Source: Selaginella moellendorffii | Taxonomy: Eukaryota > Plantae > Lycopodiophyta | Reading direction: 5' to 3' | DNA: 63,746 nucleotides | NCBI RefSeq assembly: GCF_000143415.4 | Contig: NW_003314286.1 | Coordinates: 1,897,243-1,960,988, forward strand | In this document: piece by piece, positions 34,900-49,056 of the stretch | How the letters are laid out: the number at the start of each line of letters is the position of its first letter | How positions within the stretch are numbered: the stretch's first letter is position 1 | Notes under the pieces: model-generated | Database searches by the model: none | Seen by the model: the letters and a program-made list of their open reading frames with translations, nothing else | Told to the model about the DNA's origin: nothing | Position numbers and translations under genes: made by a program

Positions 34900-37750
34900 C
34901 CACTTAGACCAAATGTAAAGGTAAAATGGCATTATATTGCATTTTATTTCTCTCCCCTTAAGCCAATTAAAAACGGGGTAATTTTTTTTATGAAAGAGCC
35001 TTTAATAGCTATTTTATCCTCTAATATTTACAGTGATATTATATCCAAATTTCGTCCCATGATCACATGCACTACACCCACCCCACTTTAGAGATATCAT
35101 CTTCATTGATTATTGATTAACAACCCCTATTGAGCCAAGAGGAACCAGCATCTCTATTTCCATATTAAATCTACCATTGTATAAACATTTCAACTAATTG
35201 TGAGCCAACTAATCATTCACTCATACCATAGTCCCACAATGAGAGCTAACTAATCATTCACTCATACCATAGTCCCACAATGAGAGCCAACTAGTCATCC
35301 ATCTGTACCATAGTCCCACAATAAATACATTTGTCTATGGATATTCCACAAGAAGAAGGATATATGCATGGATGCCCAATATGTATAATTTCAAATTTAG
35401 GGGTAGGAATATACTTTATTCAAGGGTATATTATATTTTAAGTAGCCACTACTCAATGGGAATCAAACTCATGCCATTTACTTCGATACCATATATAACA
35501 CACCTATCTATCTTCCCTTAAACCAACTAAAAAAAGGGCAATTGCTTGATGAGAGAGCCCTTAGTGGTTATTTTATCCTCTAAAGATTCAAAGATCTATA
35601 ATGATAGTATATTTAAATCTCATCCCATGATCATATACGCTACATGCATAAAATCCATTCATAACGCTAATAAGTCCCCAAGTCAAAAATAAAATTTATG
35701 GAGGTTGTGAGTGAAACTCTTTCAAGTGATCAAAGATGGGGTTAAGTGACTAAAGTAGAATGAAAAAGTTAGTTGTTTACATCTAGATAATTCTCTAAAA
35801 GTATTCCCTAATACCACTAAGTTTTTACTTTATCTATATAAAGTTATTACAAACTAATTGAACTAATCCATCCCAAAAATCATATTAAATCCATAATGTC
35901 CAAAATGGTAAAATCTATATCAACTTTCCACATCCTTACTCCAATTCATGCTTATCAAATATAGTGCACCATATCTTTTTCGCCTTATACCAATTGAAAA
36001 ATGGGGAATTATTTGCTAAAAGAGCCCTTAATGATTATTTTATCCCCATTTATCTCTTAAAGTTTCCAGTTACAAAATTTTTAAATTTTCCAAAGGAGGT
36101 CGATATTGTTGGACCTTTTATCAGTCCCTCTTTTTCAAATGTTAGTAAACTTGACTTAGCATCTATATTTGGTTAGATGAGCATAAGGAAAGAATTCCTA
36201 AGTGTCTATTTAACCAAGCATATTTAGCTTGGTGTATTAATTCATTTTTACTTTATCTTGCATTGGCTTGAGAAGAACTTTTGTAATATTAAGCATGATC
36301 CCTCAATACTTGCTAAATGATAGTTTACTATGTCCACCAAGACACTCTCGCTATCATACTCTATATACTCTATATAGAAAATATCTAGATTTGTAAGTTA
36401 GGTATGTGTAAGGAATGTAGAGATTGTTTTGAATACAATAGTATTATTTCTAAGTCTAGATTTGCAATTTAACACCATTTCCAAGGTTAAACTCCATACC
36501 ATACTAGTAATCCTAGCATAAGGATACTAAACATTTTCCTAGCATAAGGATACTAAACATTCTCCTATGTCATTCTATGCTCCACTTCTTTTACTCAACT
36601 AATTTGGCTTTGTCTCTTCATTTAGTGGCCTAATGCCCTAAATTTGAGTTCCTGCCCTTCAAGGGTTTAAATTTCGCTCCATAGTACCTAATAGTATAAA
36701 TTATAGGGTCAAATGCAAGAATCATGTGTGCTATAGGGATGAACCACTACTTTAGCACCCTCAACCAACTCAATTTTATATTTTATTAGTTAGATTGGGG
36801 TAATCTTGCTAGTAATTTCTTTAGTATTTTGAAATTGATTTAATACTTATTGAATCACTAAAAACACTGCTTTTATTGCTATCTTTTTGTTGTTTCTTAT
36901 CAAGGGTAAATACAAAACTATTGCCTTGATTCCTTTAGTGAGTTGTCTTCTCATGAACACTAAGTTCAAAAAGAAGTCTTTAAACTTATTTTGCCTTATT
37001 TTTAAATCCTAAGCTTCCACCCTAGATCATTCTCCAAGGGATACCATTAGGTTTTTATCTTGTCCATACAAACTTATCATATCCCAAAAATTATATCAAA
37101 TCCCATAATGTCCAAAATGGTAAAATTCATATTAGTTTTTCCATATCCTTATTTTTATTCATGTTTGTCACTCTATCTTGTCCCCCTTAAGCCAACTGAA
37201 AAAAAGAGCCCTTAATAGCTATTTTATCGTTAGTTATCCTTCAAAGTTTCTAGTGACAAAGTTTCTAAAGTCCTCCTACCCCCTTTGTCCTCATTGATAT
37301 TGATTATCAAGTAATAATTGTTATTGAGCTAACAAGAATTAACACTTCCATTTTCATACTAAATCTACCAATCCTTTTATCGTATATACTAAATATTCTG
37401 TATAAGGTAATTAGTCATTCACCTGTACTATAATGGTGGATCCTTTCATCCATGGATGTTCTACAAAAAAAAAAAATGTATTCATTAATATCTAATACAT
37501 ATGATTTTAATTTGATGGGTAGAAATATACCTTACTTAAAAGTATAATATATTTTAAGTAGTCATTGATCAATAAAAATTGAATCTATGCCATTTGCTCT
37601 AATACCCTATGTAATACACGTTATCTCTCTCCCCTTAAACTTATTAGAAAAGGGGCAATTGTTTGATGAGAGAGTTTTTAATGACTATTATATTCCAAGG
37701 ATCTATACTTATAAAATATCCAAATTTATTTCATGATCACATGTGCTATA
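34900..37750. repeat. Mosaic of decayed retroelement fragments, including a family A terminus (~35670-35781, reverse) and a family C LTR fragment (~36090-36735)
   Basis: Repeated blocks 'aatgtccaaaatggtaaaa' and 'agagcccttaat...attttatcc' at ~34990, 35550, 35890, 36020, 37110, 37205 and 37670. 35700-35781 matches 62285-62360. Confidence 0.65.
35200..35325. repeat. 41-bp tandem repeat, three copies
   Basis: agccaactaatcattcactcataccatagtcccacaatgag repeated three times. Confidence 0.9.
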
Positions 37751-37841
37751 TTGTATTTCATCAGTGTTTTGGCTACCTTGAATAAACTCTATAGTCCTTA
37801 ATTTTATTAACCGTTGCACTATTAGTCTGGTTTGCTAGACT

Positions 37842-38900
37842 ATGTATGCAAATATGTGGGGGAGTCAAGATAAAAGGGACAAACTCATTAATAAGAAGAC
37901 CAAGTCTACTAATAGTATGGGGAATAATGTATATTATAATTGCAACAAAGGTAGAGACTTCTTGAGAGGATATTTCTACCCAAAGAAGAGTAGGATCAAT
38001 ATGGCTATTAAATTGGGTGAAGTTTAAATTAAAGTATATGATCTAACCTTTAGCTCAAAATTACTCATTACATAAGCAACTTTGGTAAAGAGTCATTCAC
38101 AATATCTATTAGCTGTAAACTCCTAGATTTGGACTTCTCAAAAGGTCATCTAATCTAATAAATTCAAACCCAAGGATGCTTAATCCCAAGTATCTCAAGA
38201 CCCTTAACCAATTGGAAAAGGGGGTGCACTTTTATTCATGGGCCTTTTTCTTTTATATTTGAACCTTTATGGATTGTCTCTCGAGTCATTCCCTTTGATT
38301 GTTTACACTAGCCCTTCAAAAGAAGCTTAAAGGTAACTCTATTAAGATCTTTATAGATATGGGTGCTTTAAATAATTTTATAGTTACTTTTTGACCACCA
38401 AATTTGCCTTTCCAAAACCTCATTTTTAGAGAAACTCCTCTTGAATTTCCTCTTTTTATATGTCCCTCTTGGTTTGGAATCTTTGCTAAATATAGATCTA
38501 GACATAGTCAAGTTTCCTTTTCGTAAGTTGTCATTAAAATACATATTCATAGCCACATCTAATACTTCCTTATAATTTGTCAAATTTTAGCACAGCACCT
38601 CACCCTAAGCCTAAATCTGAAATCTTGAAATAAAAGTATGGAATATATTTATATCGTTCATATCTATGATATGGATCCTTTTGGCCATTAATACATTCAC
38701 ATACTCTTAAATGGTTCATATTTGCCTTAGCCTACTCACTTCATCTTTTAAATGTAGAGTAGTATTTAGGGGTATAAGTTGCTCTAATGGTCACCTTTAT
38801 TACCTCCCAAATAACCACTAGCCATTTGTTTACATTTGTCATTCTCCGCCAAAACTTAACATTATCCACTAAATATGGTTTTGTGTATAAGCCTTTTTTT
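37842..38900. mobile_element. gag-like relics (degenerate CCHC knuckle on plus strand, capsid-like fragment on minus strand)
   Basis: VYYNCNKGRDFLRGY resembles CxxCxxxxHxxxxC; the minus strand gives TNYKEVLDVA. Heavily decayed. Confidence 0.35.
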
Positions 38901-40528
38901 AGATTTAGTAACCATAACACTCAAAAATAATCCTTCGTATCACCAAGGGGTAAGTATTTCCTATTGGGAAAGATAAAGCCAATTTATTCTATTAGGAAGT
39001 ATAAAGAAAATATTTATTATTGGGAAGACATTTTTCCCATTGGGACTTTTTTCATCAAAAACATTCATCTCCCATCGGGAAAATCATTCATTGGGAAAAT
39101 GTATATCTATCAAGGTATTCACATGATCTCATCAAGAGATCATTGTATCAATTAGGTATTTGTATGGGGGATGGCTATAGTTATGCATAATAAATATTGA
39201 TTATTTTCCCCTAATGATCGGCTATTCATTGTTAATGTTACATGTGAGTTGGCATAGATATTGATATGTTAGCCATAAACTCAAAAGCTTCCACCCACAA
39301 TGAATTATAAATAAATGATTTGGATCTATAGACTTATCCTAATACAAATGCTTTTCTTAAAATTTGGAGATATGTTTGCATCACTTCACACTAAGCTCTC
39401 CTTCATAGCTTCTACACATGTAATAGATACCTCTTATTAGAGAATAGATGAAAAGGAAACAACAAAAAACATAAAACTATGGACATGACCAAAAAAATAA
39501 ATAAATAACCCAAAGTTCTAAGTGTTGTATAGTGAGATCATTGGCCACCTTTTAGTTCTTAACCATTTTCTAGAGCATGTGGTAATCATGAGATAACATC
39601 TTGAAAGTTACTATTTAACATGCACATTTCTATATTATTTAAGTATTTGCCTTTGGCCTTCATGGTGATGGCATGTTTTACAGCTAAGGAGACAACCTTG
39701 TGAAAGGTAAGTATAGGTAAGTATATGGATGCTTAAAGGGAAATCAAATCATAACAGGTAGCATAAGTACCTCTCTGGAGCATGTAAGTTCAAAAGTGAT
39801 GCATCAAACAGCTTGATGGAACATTTAGAACCTTAATCACAGTAGCAACACTATAAGAACCTCTTTTATAATAAGAATCTTGAATTCATAACTAATGTGT
39901 AAAATTCTTCTACTAATGTCTATTATAGCTTGGGCCTCAACTAGGCTCTATAAACACTAGTTGAGGCTTAAGCCTGGGAACAGACATTAGGTCAATTAAG
40001 CTCTTTGGTTATTTACATTATAGCTCTCATAATTATTCTCACTTGCATTTCCCTTGTAAACAAGGGTTGATTAAGCTCTTTGGTTGCTTACATTAGAGCC
40101 CTCATAGCTGCCACTCTATGATGTTGTAATTGTTTTACATGGAGCAACAAGAAGTTGTTATGAGAAAAATCCTATCCATATAAAATGGAATCAAAGATCA
40201 CTATTATTAAGAGTGTAGATTTCAAAATGATTAAGTCAATGATCTCTCAATTTACCCTATGGAGCCTTTGACGTATGCTAATCATGTGAGCCATTTGATT
40301 CTAGAGCTTATTATTCAATATTAAAGATAATATAGAGAAGGAAAAATTATCAACACTACTAAATCCTAACACAAATTCCCAGTTTGGAATTTCAATCGCC
40401 CAATGGCCAACACCAGCCTACCCCCACTATAGCTAGCCCCCATTGTTATTGCTAGCATGGTGAACCAAAGTGTAACAATTATTGCACACTATACTTATCA
40501 CATTTCAATCTTCCTTCACTGACTAATT

Positions 40529-41171
40529 TGTCGCGAATGTGATTTCGGGTATCGAAAGTTACCTGTCGGCCAGTCCTATCACGATGGTAGGAGGTCGGGC
40601 ATTGGGGGAGGGGGGCTGTGGGGGGTTTCAAATGTATAGTAGGGATAGTGGGTAGGTCGGGCATTGTTGACCAACCTGAGGCATAGTCTAATTCCCACTT
40701 GCGTGCCTGTCCTTGTTCTGCGTCCGACTTGGGTCTAAGCCCAAGTTCCACACCATGCTAGCCGGTGGAGTACCCATATCCTTGCATTAGGCCACTGGTA
40801 TGCTGAAATAGTGCCAAACTCTGTTTGGCTCCATTTTGCGTGCTAGTCCTAGCATTGGGATGCTAGGTACTCTAGGACTATTCCAAGTTGCTCCGGGCTC
40901 TTGCCCTTTCACTCCTTAGGCTGTACACTTAGGAGTTGCTCCGTGGTTCGGTTTCATCACTCCTTGGCTCCATGCTTGGGAGTTTGGCACCGTTCCTTTG
41001 TTTAGTGGCCCAAGGCCCTGAAACTCAGGTTCCACACCACTGTCCTTTGGACACATGGCATGTGACATGTGGCATATGACATGTGGCACATGGAGGGTTT
41101 AGGTTCCGCTTCATAGTGTTATCCTATGGTAAATCACTATAGGATAAAGGGTAAAAACCACGTGCGCTACA
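40529..41171 (+). mobile_element. Solo LTR, family C, short form
   Basis: TGTCGCG...GCTACA termini with 5-bp TSD TAATT (40524-40528 and 41172-41176). Confidence 0.92.
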
Positions 41172-43129
41172 TAATTGTATTTGCAATCCATTGACATCTA
41201 CTCATGTTTTGTATAAAGGCTTTGAGAATGTATCAATGGCAATGGACTTGGTGGCCAAAAACAACCCAGACCTTTAGTGAGCATGTCTGAGACTTTTCTT
41301 TAGTGTGTCCTATTAAAACATGCCATGCCATACTGGCAATAATGACAACCTTGTTGGGGTCACCTAGGATAATTTTGAGTGCTTGTTCTAAGATAGAGGC
41401 ATTGTGGATATCCTCATTACTACATCTAGTAGTGCAGACAAAAGTGGTGTTAGAGGAGACTGTGTCTTAGTTCCAAAAAAGAAAGTAAGTTTAATATTAT
41501 ATATAGTGAGCTTTATCATTGAATGTATGCATTAGCAAGCATCTCTAATGGAATAGGAATGTAATTTAGAATCTCAAAGACTTATTCTAGAGTACAAACA
41601 TTGTACACTAGTTGAAAATGCTATGCTTTAGCTCTATATTGCTTTATAACACAAAGAATATTATAAAACTCAAGGGCGATGGTAAAAACTTGTTTTTTGC
41701 TTGCAATTAAGACTAGAGTATAACATGAACCTCCTATGCAGATTGCACCAAAATGCGAGTTCACATGCTTTCCAATTTTGGTTTTGACCACACTTGAGGA
41801 CACCTAGACTGAGTGTTATATATGGGAGTGAGCTTGTTGATGGCTTTTTTAGGAAGGAAGAGACTATTGATGCAATTAGCCCACTGCAAAATCCCATATA
41901 TGAAGCTCTTTATTAAATTCCAACAAATGTAAGTTGGTCCATTAGAGTTTTAATTACCCCTTAACTTTGGCCACATGATAGTTGATAGCAATGTTTGTTG
42001 TTGGAGAAGATGGCACATACTGGCACCTGAGGATTTCAAATATAGTTGCAGGAGAGTGACAAGAACTTGGTATGATTCTTTTCTTCTAAGAGTGTAATAT
42101 TCATGTTTTTCATTTTTTGGATGCTTTCTGTATGCAAGAAATGTATATTGGGTGACTTCTTTTCTAGGCTTTTGTTTAGGTTTCTTGGACATGCATAATA
42201 GCCTCATTAGCAATAGAAGTTGGGGGGCAAGAAAGATAATTGAAAATTGTGTTAAGATAGACTATTTGAGATGGACATGAAGTCCACCCTATTTGCTATA
42301 TGGAATGTTATAAACATGCCCTGAGGGGTGGCAAGTTGAGGCTTGAAGCCATTTTGGAAGACCCTACTATTGCCCATCTCAACCCACTACTAGAGCTATA
42401 GTTAAAGGTCAACATTTACATTGATACTAGGAAGATTATATGGCAAAAGTAGTCTAGCAAATATTGCTCAAAGATCCGAAGTAGGTGCTAAACATGTTAT
42501 AAATAGATGTTGTTCACTCTATGACAATGGAGGCACAATCAAAACCTTAGTAGAGGATGATCCTACTTTATGCACTAACTAGCATTGGCATAGTTACACT
42601 TCTCTAGGTTTTCCAGGTACACACAATCATCCAGCCAAGGCAATTCACTAAATGCCTATAGTGTAGCAATAATATGAGTGAGAACTTATATACTTAGATC
42701 TTTGAAATTATCATGGGTATAGAATATGAAACTTGCTTTTTATGTAGAAATGAGTAGAAATGGTTGTCCAAATTGCACTATTTTATATATGACTCCTTGA
42801 ATTCAAGTTTGATATAAATTCAGTGCAATACTTTGAACAATAAACTTGGCCATGACTAACATCCAGACATGCTTGGGGGAAATTTCGTTTTTGTCAAGCT
42901 ACCCCAACAAAGAGGACTTGCTCTATCAATTGATTTTGAATCCAATATCATATAGAAATGTTTTTAAATTATGTAGAATTTCTAAATTATTTAAATTTCA
43001 AAGTTCAAGAATTACTTAAAGTTTTTAACTTTCTTGCTATTTAGTAAAGAAAGATACATTTGTTAAACCTTTCAATAAATATTCTAGAATGAGATTATTG
43101 ACAATGTGGTTCATTTAAATATTCTTCAA

Positions 43130-44058
43130 TAGTCACATCTTCATCCTTGATATCTTCTCCCTTTTGGTGTTGAAAGCTATTATAGATTGCTGTTAAATAT
43201 ATTTAACCCAGTTTGTTAATTCTCTTTTACTTTGTCTTGTATTGGCTTAAGAAAATACCTATACAATATTGAGCTTGGTCCCTCAATATTTACTAAGTGA
43301 TAGTTTATTGTGTTCACCAAGACATCTTTGCTATCATGCCCCATATATTAATTTCATTTTTGTCTCAATAGTTATTTATAGAAAATGTCTAGATTTGCTA
43401 GTTAGGCATATTTACAGAATGTATAAATTGTTTTAAATACAATGGTGTTACTTTCACATCCAAATTTACAACCTAGCACCATTCCATATTTAATAAGTTT
43501 TTGTGATTGTCCTAGAGACTAACTCTTAGGATTGGGATGAAATTCCAAAACATGTGTTTCTCTAAAGGGCTTGTGAGGCTTTCAAATGTATAATAAGGTA
43601 GTGGGTAAGTTGGGCATGGCTAACTAATTGAAAGTATAGTTTAGTTTGCCACTTGTGTGGATATCCTTATTTTGCATCTAACATGGGTCTAAACTTAATT
43701 GCCATACTATGTTAATTAATGGAGTATCTATATCCTTGCATTAGGCCACTAGTATGTTAAAATTGCAATAACGTTTATTTTTGTTAACTTTGGGATGCTA
43801 GATGCTCTAAGATTATTCTTATATCACTCTACACTCCTGTCTCTTCAATCTTTGAGTTGTACGTTTGGGAGCCATTTCATGCTTTAGTTTCTTCACTCCT
43901 TAAATGTATGCTTAGAAGTTTAGCCTTATCCTTTTGTTCAGTGGCCCAATGCCTTAAACTCAGGTTTCACTCATGGGTCCAAGAGTTTAGGTTCCACTCT
44001 ATGGTTATCCTATGATAAATTACCATACGGTAAAAAGTGAAAATTATGTGTGCTATAA
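43130..44058 (+). mobile_element. Decayed family C LTR copy
   Basis: Matches 40620-41171 and the reverse of 47290-48200 (tatccttgcattaggccact, cagtggcccaa...aaactcagg, gtgtgctata). Left boundary approximate. Confidence 0.75.
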
Positions 44059-44521
44059 CATAACAAGATAAATATGAATAACTAATAGTATATAAAATTC
44101 CATTCTTACACTTATCTAATCTATATACACTTCAAATGTTTAATTAACTCCACTAACACAAAAGGGGCCATAGTACCAATCTCCTACTGTCATACTTGTA
44201 AGGAGAGAATGTCTAAAAGGATTAGTTAATAAGTATCTTTCAATACTCAAAGTCACATTTGCAACAAATAAAAAATATATTTATATCAATATATATTTTA
44301 TTAACTAAATAGTTCATTGTTTTAATTTTAACTAGATTTGCTAGCTCATCACATTTTTGTTTCCATATGTATATTTAAAAAAAAGTGATAAATTTACAAA
44401 ACTACCACTATTGCACTCAACAAATATTATATCTATTTAACTAAATTAATTTTTATACTTGATAATATGAGGAAGGCTCTTTCATGTAGTCATTATTATT
44501 AATTTTACAAAAGTCAGATAA

Positions 44522-44621
44522 NNNNNNNNNNNNNNNNNNNNNNNNNNNNNNNNNNNNNNNNNNNNNNNNNNNNNNNNNNNNNNNNNNNNNNNNNNNNNNN
44601 NNNNNNNNNNNNNNNNNNNNN
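44522..44621. other. Assembly gap (100 N)
   Basis: Run of N. Confidence 1.
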
Positions 44622-44929
44622 ATCTCTCAGAGATCCGGCTCATCCGAAGGGGGCACTTACGCTTTGATACATAGTATCATAGTGAACATATTTATATATA
44701 ATAAAAATTACTATTTTAAAGAATAATAAATTCATATTTTAAAATAAATAAAATGACTATTTTAATTTAAATACTTGAAATTATGATTATAGATCGTTTC
44801 TTTAACAAAATTTATGATTAGATTTATTTAGTGACCATATAGCATTATTAGGAAACTTCACTGTATAAATTACTAAATTACAATCATTTTAAATAGTAAG
44901 AAATGTAGATAATATACATTTTGGTTGGT

Positions 44930-45650
44930 CTTCACAATATATACCACTAGACCATTAAGCTTCTAGTTTATCATATAAAACTAAATTACCATCAATTTGA
45001 AGTATTAAAAGACAAAAATAAACTTTATTTTTTGAAATTTTGGAATCCCATATCTTCTTATTATCAGAATAGAGTAAAATATTGCAAGTTGAATCTAAAT
45101 ATAATATATTCTTTTTATTTGTAGATGTTAGAAAATTTCCTTGAAACAGTATAGGAGGACTACTTATTGTACTTTTCCAAAGGAGACATAATTGTGAAAT
45201 TCTAAGCAAGTCTTTTGGAGGAAGTGGTAAATTAGGAAATAAGTGCCTATTATCTAATATTTTATACTCTATAAAATACCTAGATGTTTATTTCTCAAAT
45301 TTATCTGATCTATTTTCTTCCATATAAGGCAAAACTGATTCAAACATATAATGAAATCCTAATGCTATAACTCTACCTAAACTGATTCAGTTGTGTCTTT
45401 GATAGAACATTGAGCATCTTTAGCTTTTATTCTTACATCCATAAGCCCTATAGCAGTAGATACTACCTTATCATTTTCATAACTTTTAAAGGATAAGAAT
45501 CTTTATATGAAATATTTTCAAATAAATCACGAAATGCTTTGACAATTTTTATCATTTCATAAGTTAATATGCCAATTCTTCCAATTTTAGGTTTGTAGGC
45601 ATTTTTATAATGCAAGAAACAGCATAACAATATTACTAAAATAGAATATT
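44930..45650 (-). pseudogene. AT-rich relic gene with a C-terminal B-lectin (GNA/D-mannose-binding) domain
   Basis: ILYLDSTCNILLYSDNKKIWDS...CLLILQIDGNLVLYD fits the LxLQxDGNLVLY bulb-lectin repeat. The upstream frame is interrupted by a stop and frameshifts. Confidence 0.6.
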
Positions 45651-46231
45651 CATAATATTATAGCTTTTTAGAATTTAATTTTAAAATTATTTATAATTTA
45701 TAATTTTTATTTTATTTATGTTTAAAATTATAATTATTATTTAATATTATAATTAAAATATAACTATTAAAGAAGAATAAACTCATGGAAAACTTAAAGT
45801 ATCTTCTACAATGTAAAAATTTAGGATTTGTTTTTTGAATTATGAGGGTGTAGCGGATTCCTAGTATATCTAGGTTAAATTTCTCTCTAGGTTTAATGTT
45901 AATACAAATTATATTTAAGTTGCAAAATTTAGACCACTTATCCATTCTTCTACTGCTTGATTTGTCCTAGTTCTTCATCTATAAACTTTCAGAAAATAGA
46001 TGCAACTTTACAAGGAAAAATAAGAATGAGAACTTACCATAAATAAACACTAAATAAAAAGAAATTAAAGAAAAGGCCACTAAAATTATCATCTCAAATA
46101 GCTTTGGCCAATATAGAACCAATCAATAGGAATTGCTGCTTAGATTCACCCCTTGATATAGGGGAGTCCTGAGAAGAGCTGGGACGTATGGAGCATGAAA
46201 GTTTGCTGCTTCTATGGGGCTTTGATAAGAA

Positions 46232-46254
46232 ATATATATATATATATATATATA
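46232..46254. repeat. (TA)n microsatellite
   Basis: atatatatatatatatatatata. Confidence 0.9.
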
Positions 46255-47285
46255 AAATTTACAACAATAAAATTATAAGGGCTGGAGGTTCGAAGCTAGG
46301 CTGGTTGTGGGAAAAATCACGTTGATGTTTGGATGGCCAATCAATAACAGGCATATTGGCTAAAAGAGAAGAAGCTCATTGGGTGTTGTGGGTGAAAGCC
46401 ATGGATTAGAGAAGACATGTGTTGGTCCAGAAGTTTGAGACAATCATATTACACTCAGGACAGGAGAAATCTGCCTACTGCCCTAGATTCATTCCCAATA
46501 ACATGTATTGCCCAGTGGTGATGAAGGATGAATGCACTAAGAATTGGCATAGGTTGCTTGCAATCATTTGGAATTGACACTTCTATAGCTATTGCATCAC
46601 AACCCAATGCTTCTACTTTTAGAATTGACCAGCACTAAAATTACTCCAAAACTTCCAATATCAAGACCAAGAAAGTAAGTCAAGTATTGACACTCCTTTT
46701 TCTTGCAGTTTCAGTGTGACAATTAGGAAGAAGAAACTTTAGACCAGTAGCTCCACATAGGTGTCAATAGCTAGAATGCTGGGAGAAGGTGTCTTGATGG
46801 GCTGGCCACACAAGATATGTCTCTCTAGCTTTATGTTATGCTAGCATGCTGGGCATGAGGCAGTGAGGATCATCTTGAACATGATGGTGTGGGCTATGGA
46901 TCAATCTAATAACCTGGATTAGATTGAAGATCAGACTTAGGTTGGCTAAAGAGATGAGCTTTAGATGCTAGTAATGAATAAAATAGGAAGTTGACAAAGT
47001 CCATAGGTCTATGTTCAATTTGTACAATTGTGTCTTATATACCCATAATTGTGTTGCATGGTTTAGAGTGTTCAGCTTTTCATTTTTCAAGTGAGGAGTG
47101 AGGTGATACTTATCCCTTCCTCTACCGAGCCTCCCAAATTTACCTTATATTTTTCTACAACATGTGTCACTTTGGATTTATAGAAGTCCAATGCTCTAAA
47201 AAACAACCAAAAGTATAAACAACCAGGAAATCATCATTAACTTTTGGAATATAAGTATGGAGAAGTGAACAATCATCACAATTTA

Positions 47286-48276
47286 TGTAATGTATGTGAT
47301 TTTCATAGTGATTTACCATAGGATAACCACAAAGTAGAATCTAAACCCACCATATGCCACATATCATATGCCATGTGCCACATGCTAGTGAAGTGGAACC
47401 TGAGTTTCAGGGCTTCAGGCCATTGAATGAAGGTACAAAGCCAAACTCCTAAGCTTGCAACGAAGGAGCAAAGGTATCGAAGCACGGAGCAACAGCCCAA
47501 GGAGCAAAGGGATAAAAGCACAGAGTGGCTTAGGATAGTTCTAGAGCATTTAGCATCCCAATGCCAAAACTAACATGCAAAACGAAGCCAAATAGAGTTT
47601 AGTGCTATTTCAGTATATCAATGGCCTAATGCGAGAATATGGGTACTCCACCAGTTAGCATGGTGTGAAATTTGAGTTTAGACTTAAGCTAGATGCAGAA
47701 CAAAAACAAGCACGTAAGCAAGACCTAATCTATGCCTTAGGTTGGTCAACCATACCCGACCTACCCACTATCCCTATCCCTACTATACATTTGGAACCAA
47801 CCCCCCGCTATGGTGGATACGGGACTAACACCATTGTATTCAGAACAATCTTTACATTCTATAGATATGCTAAATTAGCAAATCTAAATACTTTCCATAA
47901 ATAACACTTAGGACCAAATAAAACTAATAAAAGTGTATGATAGCGAGGGTGTTTGGTATACATAGTACGTTATCATCTAATAAATATTAAGGGACCAAGC
48001 TCAATATTGTGGGGGTTCCTAACACTAGCAAGTGCAAGTCAATAAATGAATTTTTCTAATCAGGTCAAGTATGCTTAACTAATAGTATTTAGGAATTCCG
48101 TCCTTATGTTCATCTGATCAAGTACACATACAAAGATCAGTTTCTCAATTAACTTAGGTGGAGACTAAAAAGAGATCCAGTAATATCAACCTCTTGCTGT
48201 TGTGGCAATAAGGAAAGAATATCCGAAAGGACTAGCCAACAAATAACTTTCGATACCCATAATTACATTTGCAACA
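47286..48276 (-). mobile_element. Solo LTR, family C, long form, reverse orientation
   Basis: TG...CA termini; 48230-48276 is the reverse complement of the start of 40529. Flanks ATTTA / ACTTA form a TSD with one mismatch. Confidence 0.85.
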
Positions 48277-49056
48277 ACTTATAATAAACTTGCAAACAAT
48301 AAGTTTTTCTAAAGGTTCTAGTAGTTTTTAGAAGCCAAAATGAACATCAAGATTTAATCAATTATAGTTTTTTTTCCATTCCAAGTCATGTTTCTTAGCT
48401 TGTGAACTCTTTTCCATTTCTGATTCATAGGAGTAGTCGACATTAACAACCATAGGGTTGTAGCCCCCTTAGAACTCACAAATACCAGCACAAACTTGGA
48501 AGAGGTGGAAGAAATGGATAATCATAGAAGCTGACAGCATATAAGAGTAATGTGCAATTACATACCTCTAAAGCTGTGTCTTGAAGTCTTTGTCAAAAAG
48601 GCTATCAAAAGGGTGTCTCTCTCTAGGTTATGCAATTGCAAGCCTGATGGTTGTTACAGCTGAATTATGTGGTAGTGAATGGCAACCCATGGAGTATCTT
48701 CTCCAAATTTTGGATTGTCAAGATAAAACAATGGATTGCTGGCTCCTCTTCTAAGTCTCACGAAGTATCCAATGTGCTCTGTCAGAAAAATAAAAAAGTT
48801 TCTTAGATGGCTTGAGTGAAGAAGGCAACTAGGGATCAACAACGAAATTGTGAGATGTGAGCAAGTTTTGTCATGAAGAAATGTTAGTGAGTTTGAGAGG
48901 CTTTGCCAACTACCTAGCATTGGCTGGGCAATTACTAGTCATAATATAAACAAAGAGCACAGCCTAAACCTTGGAAGACATGCTTTCAGGAAATATTATG
49001 TGGAAGGGCATTATTGCTTTCTTAGTTCACAGCTAACACGAGTAGTGGCTGGTGGA

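Noticed and set aside
36510-36570. Short tandem duplications here and at 17886-17912 and 39990-40110
   Set aside because: Ordinary slippage duplications in non-coding or transposon DNA.
44622-44670. GC-richer stub right after the gap
   Set aside because: Probably low-quality read-end sequence; not interpretable.
45240-45400. Ribosome-inactivating protein domain upstream of the lectin relic
   Set aside because: MFESVLPYMEE only loosely recalls the EAARF motif and lacks the catalytic Arg; no other RIP motifs are seen.
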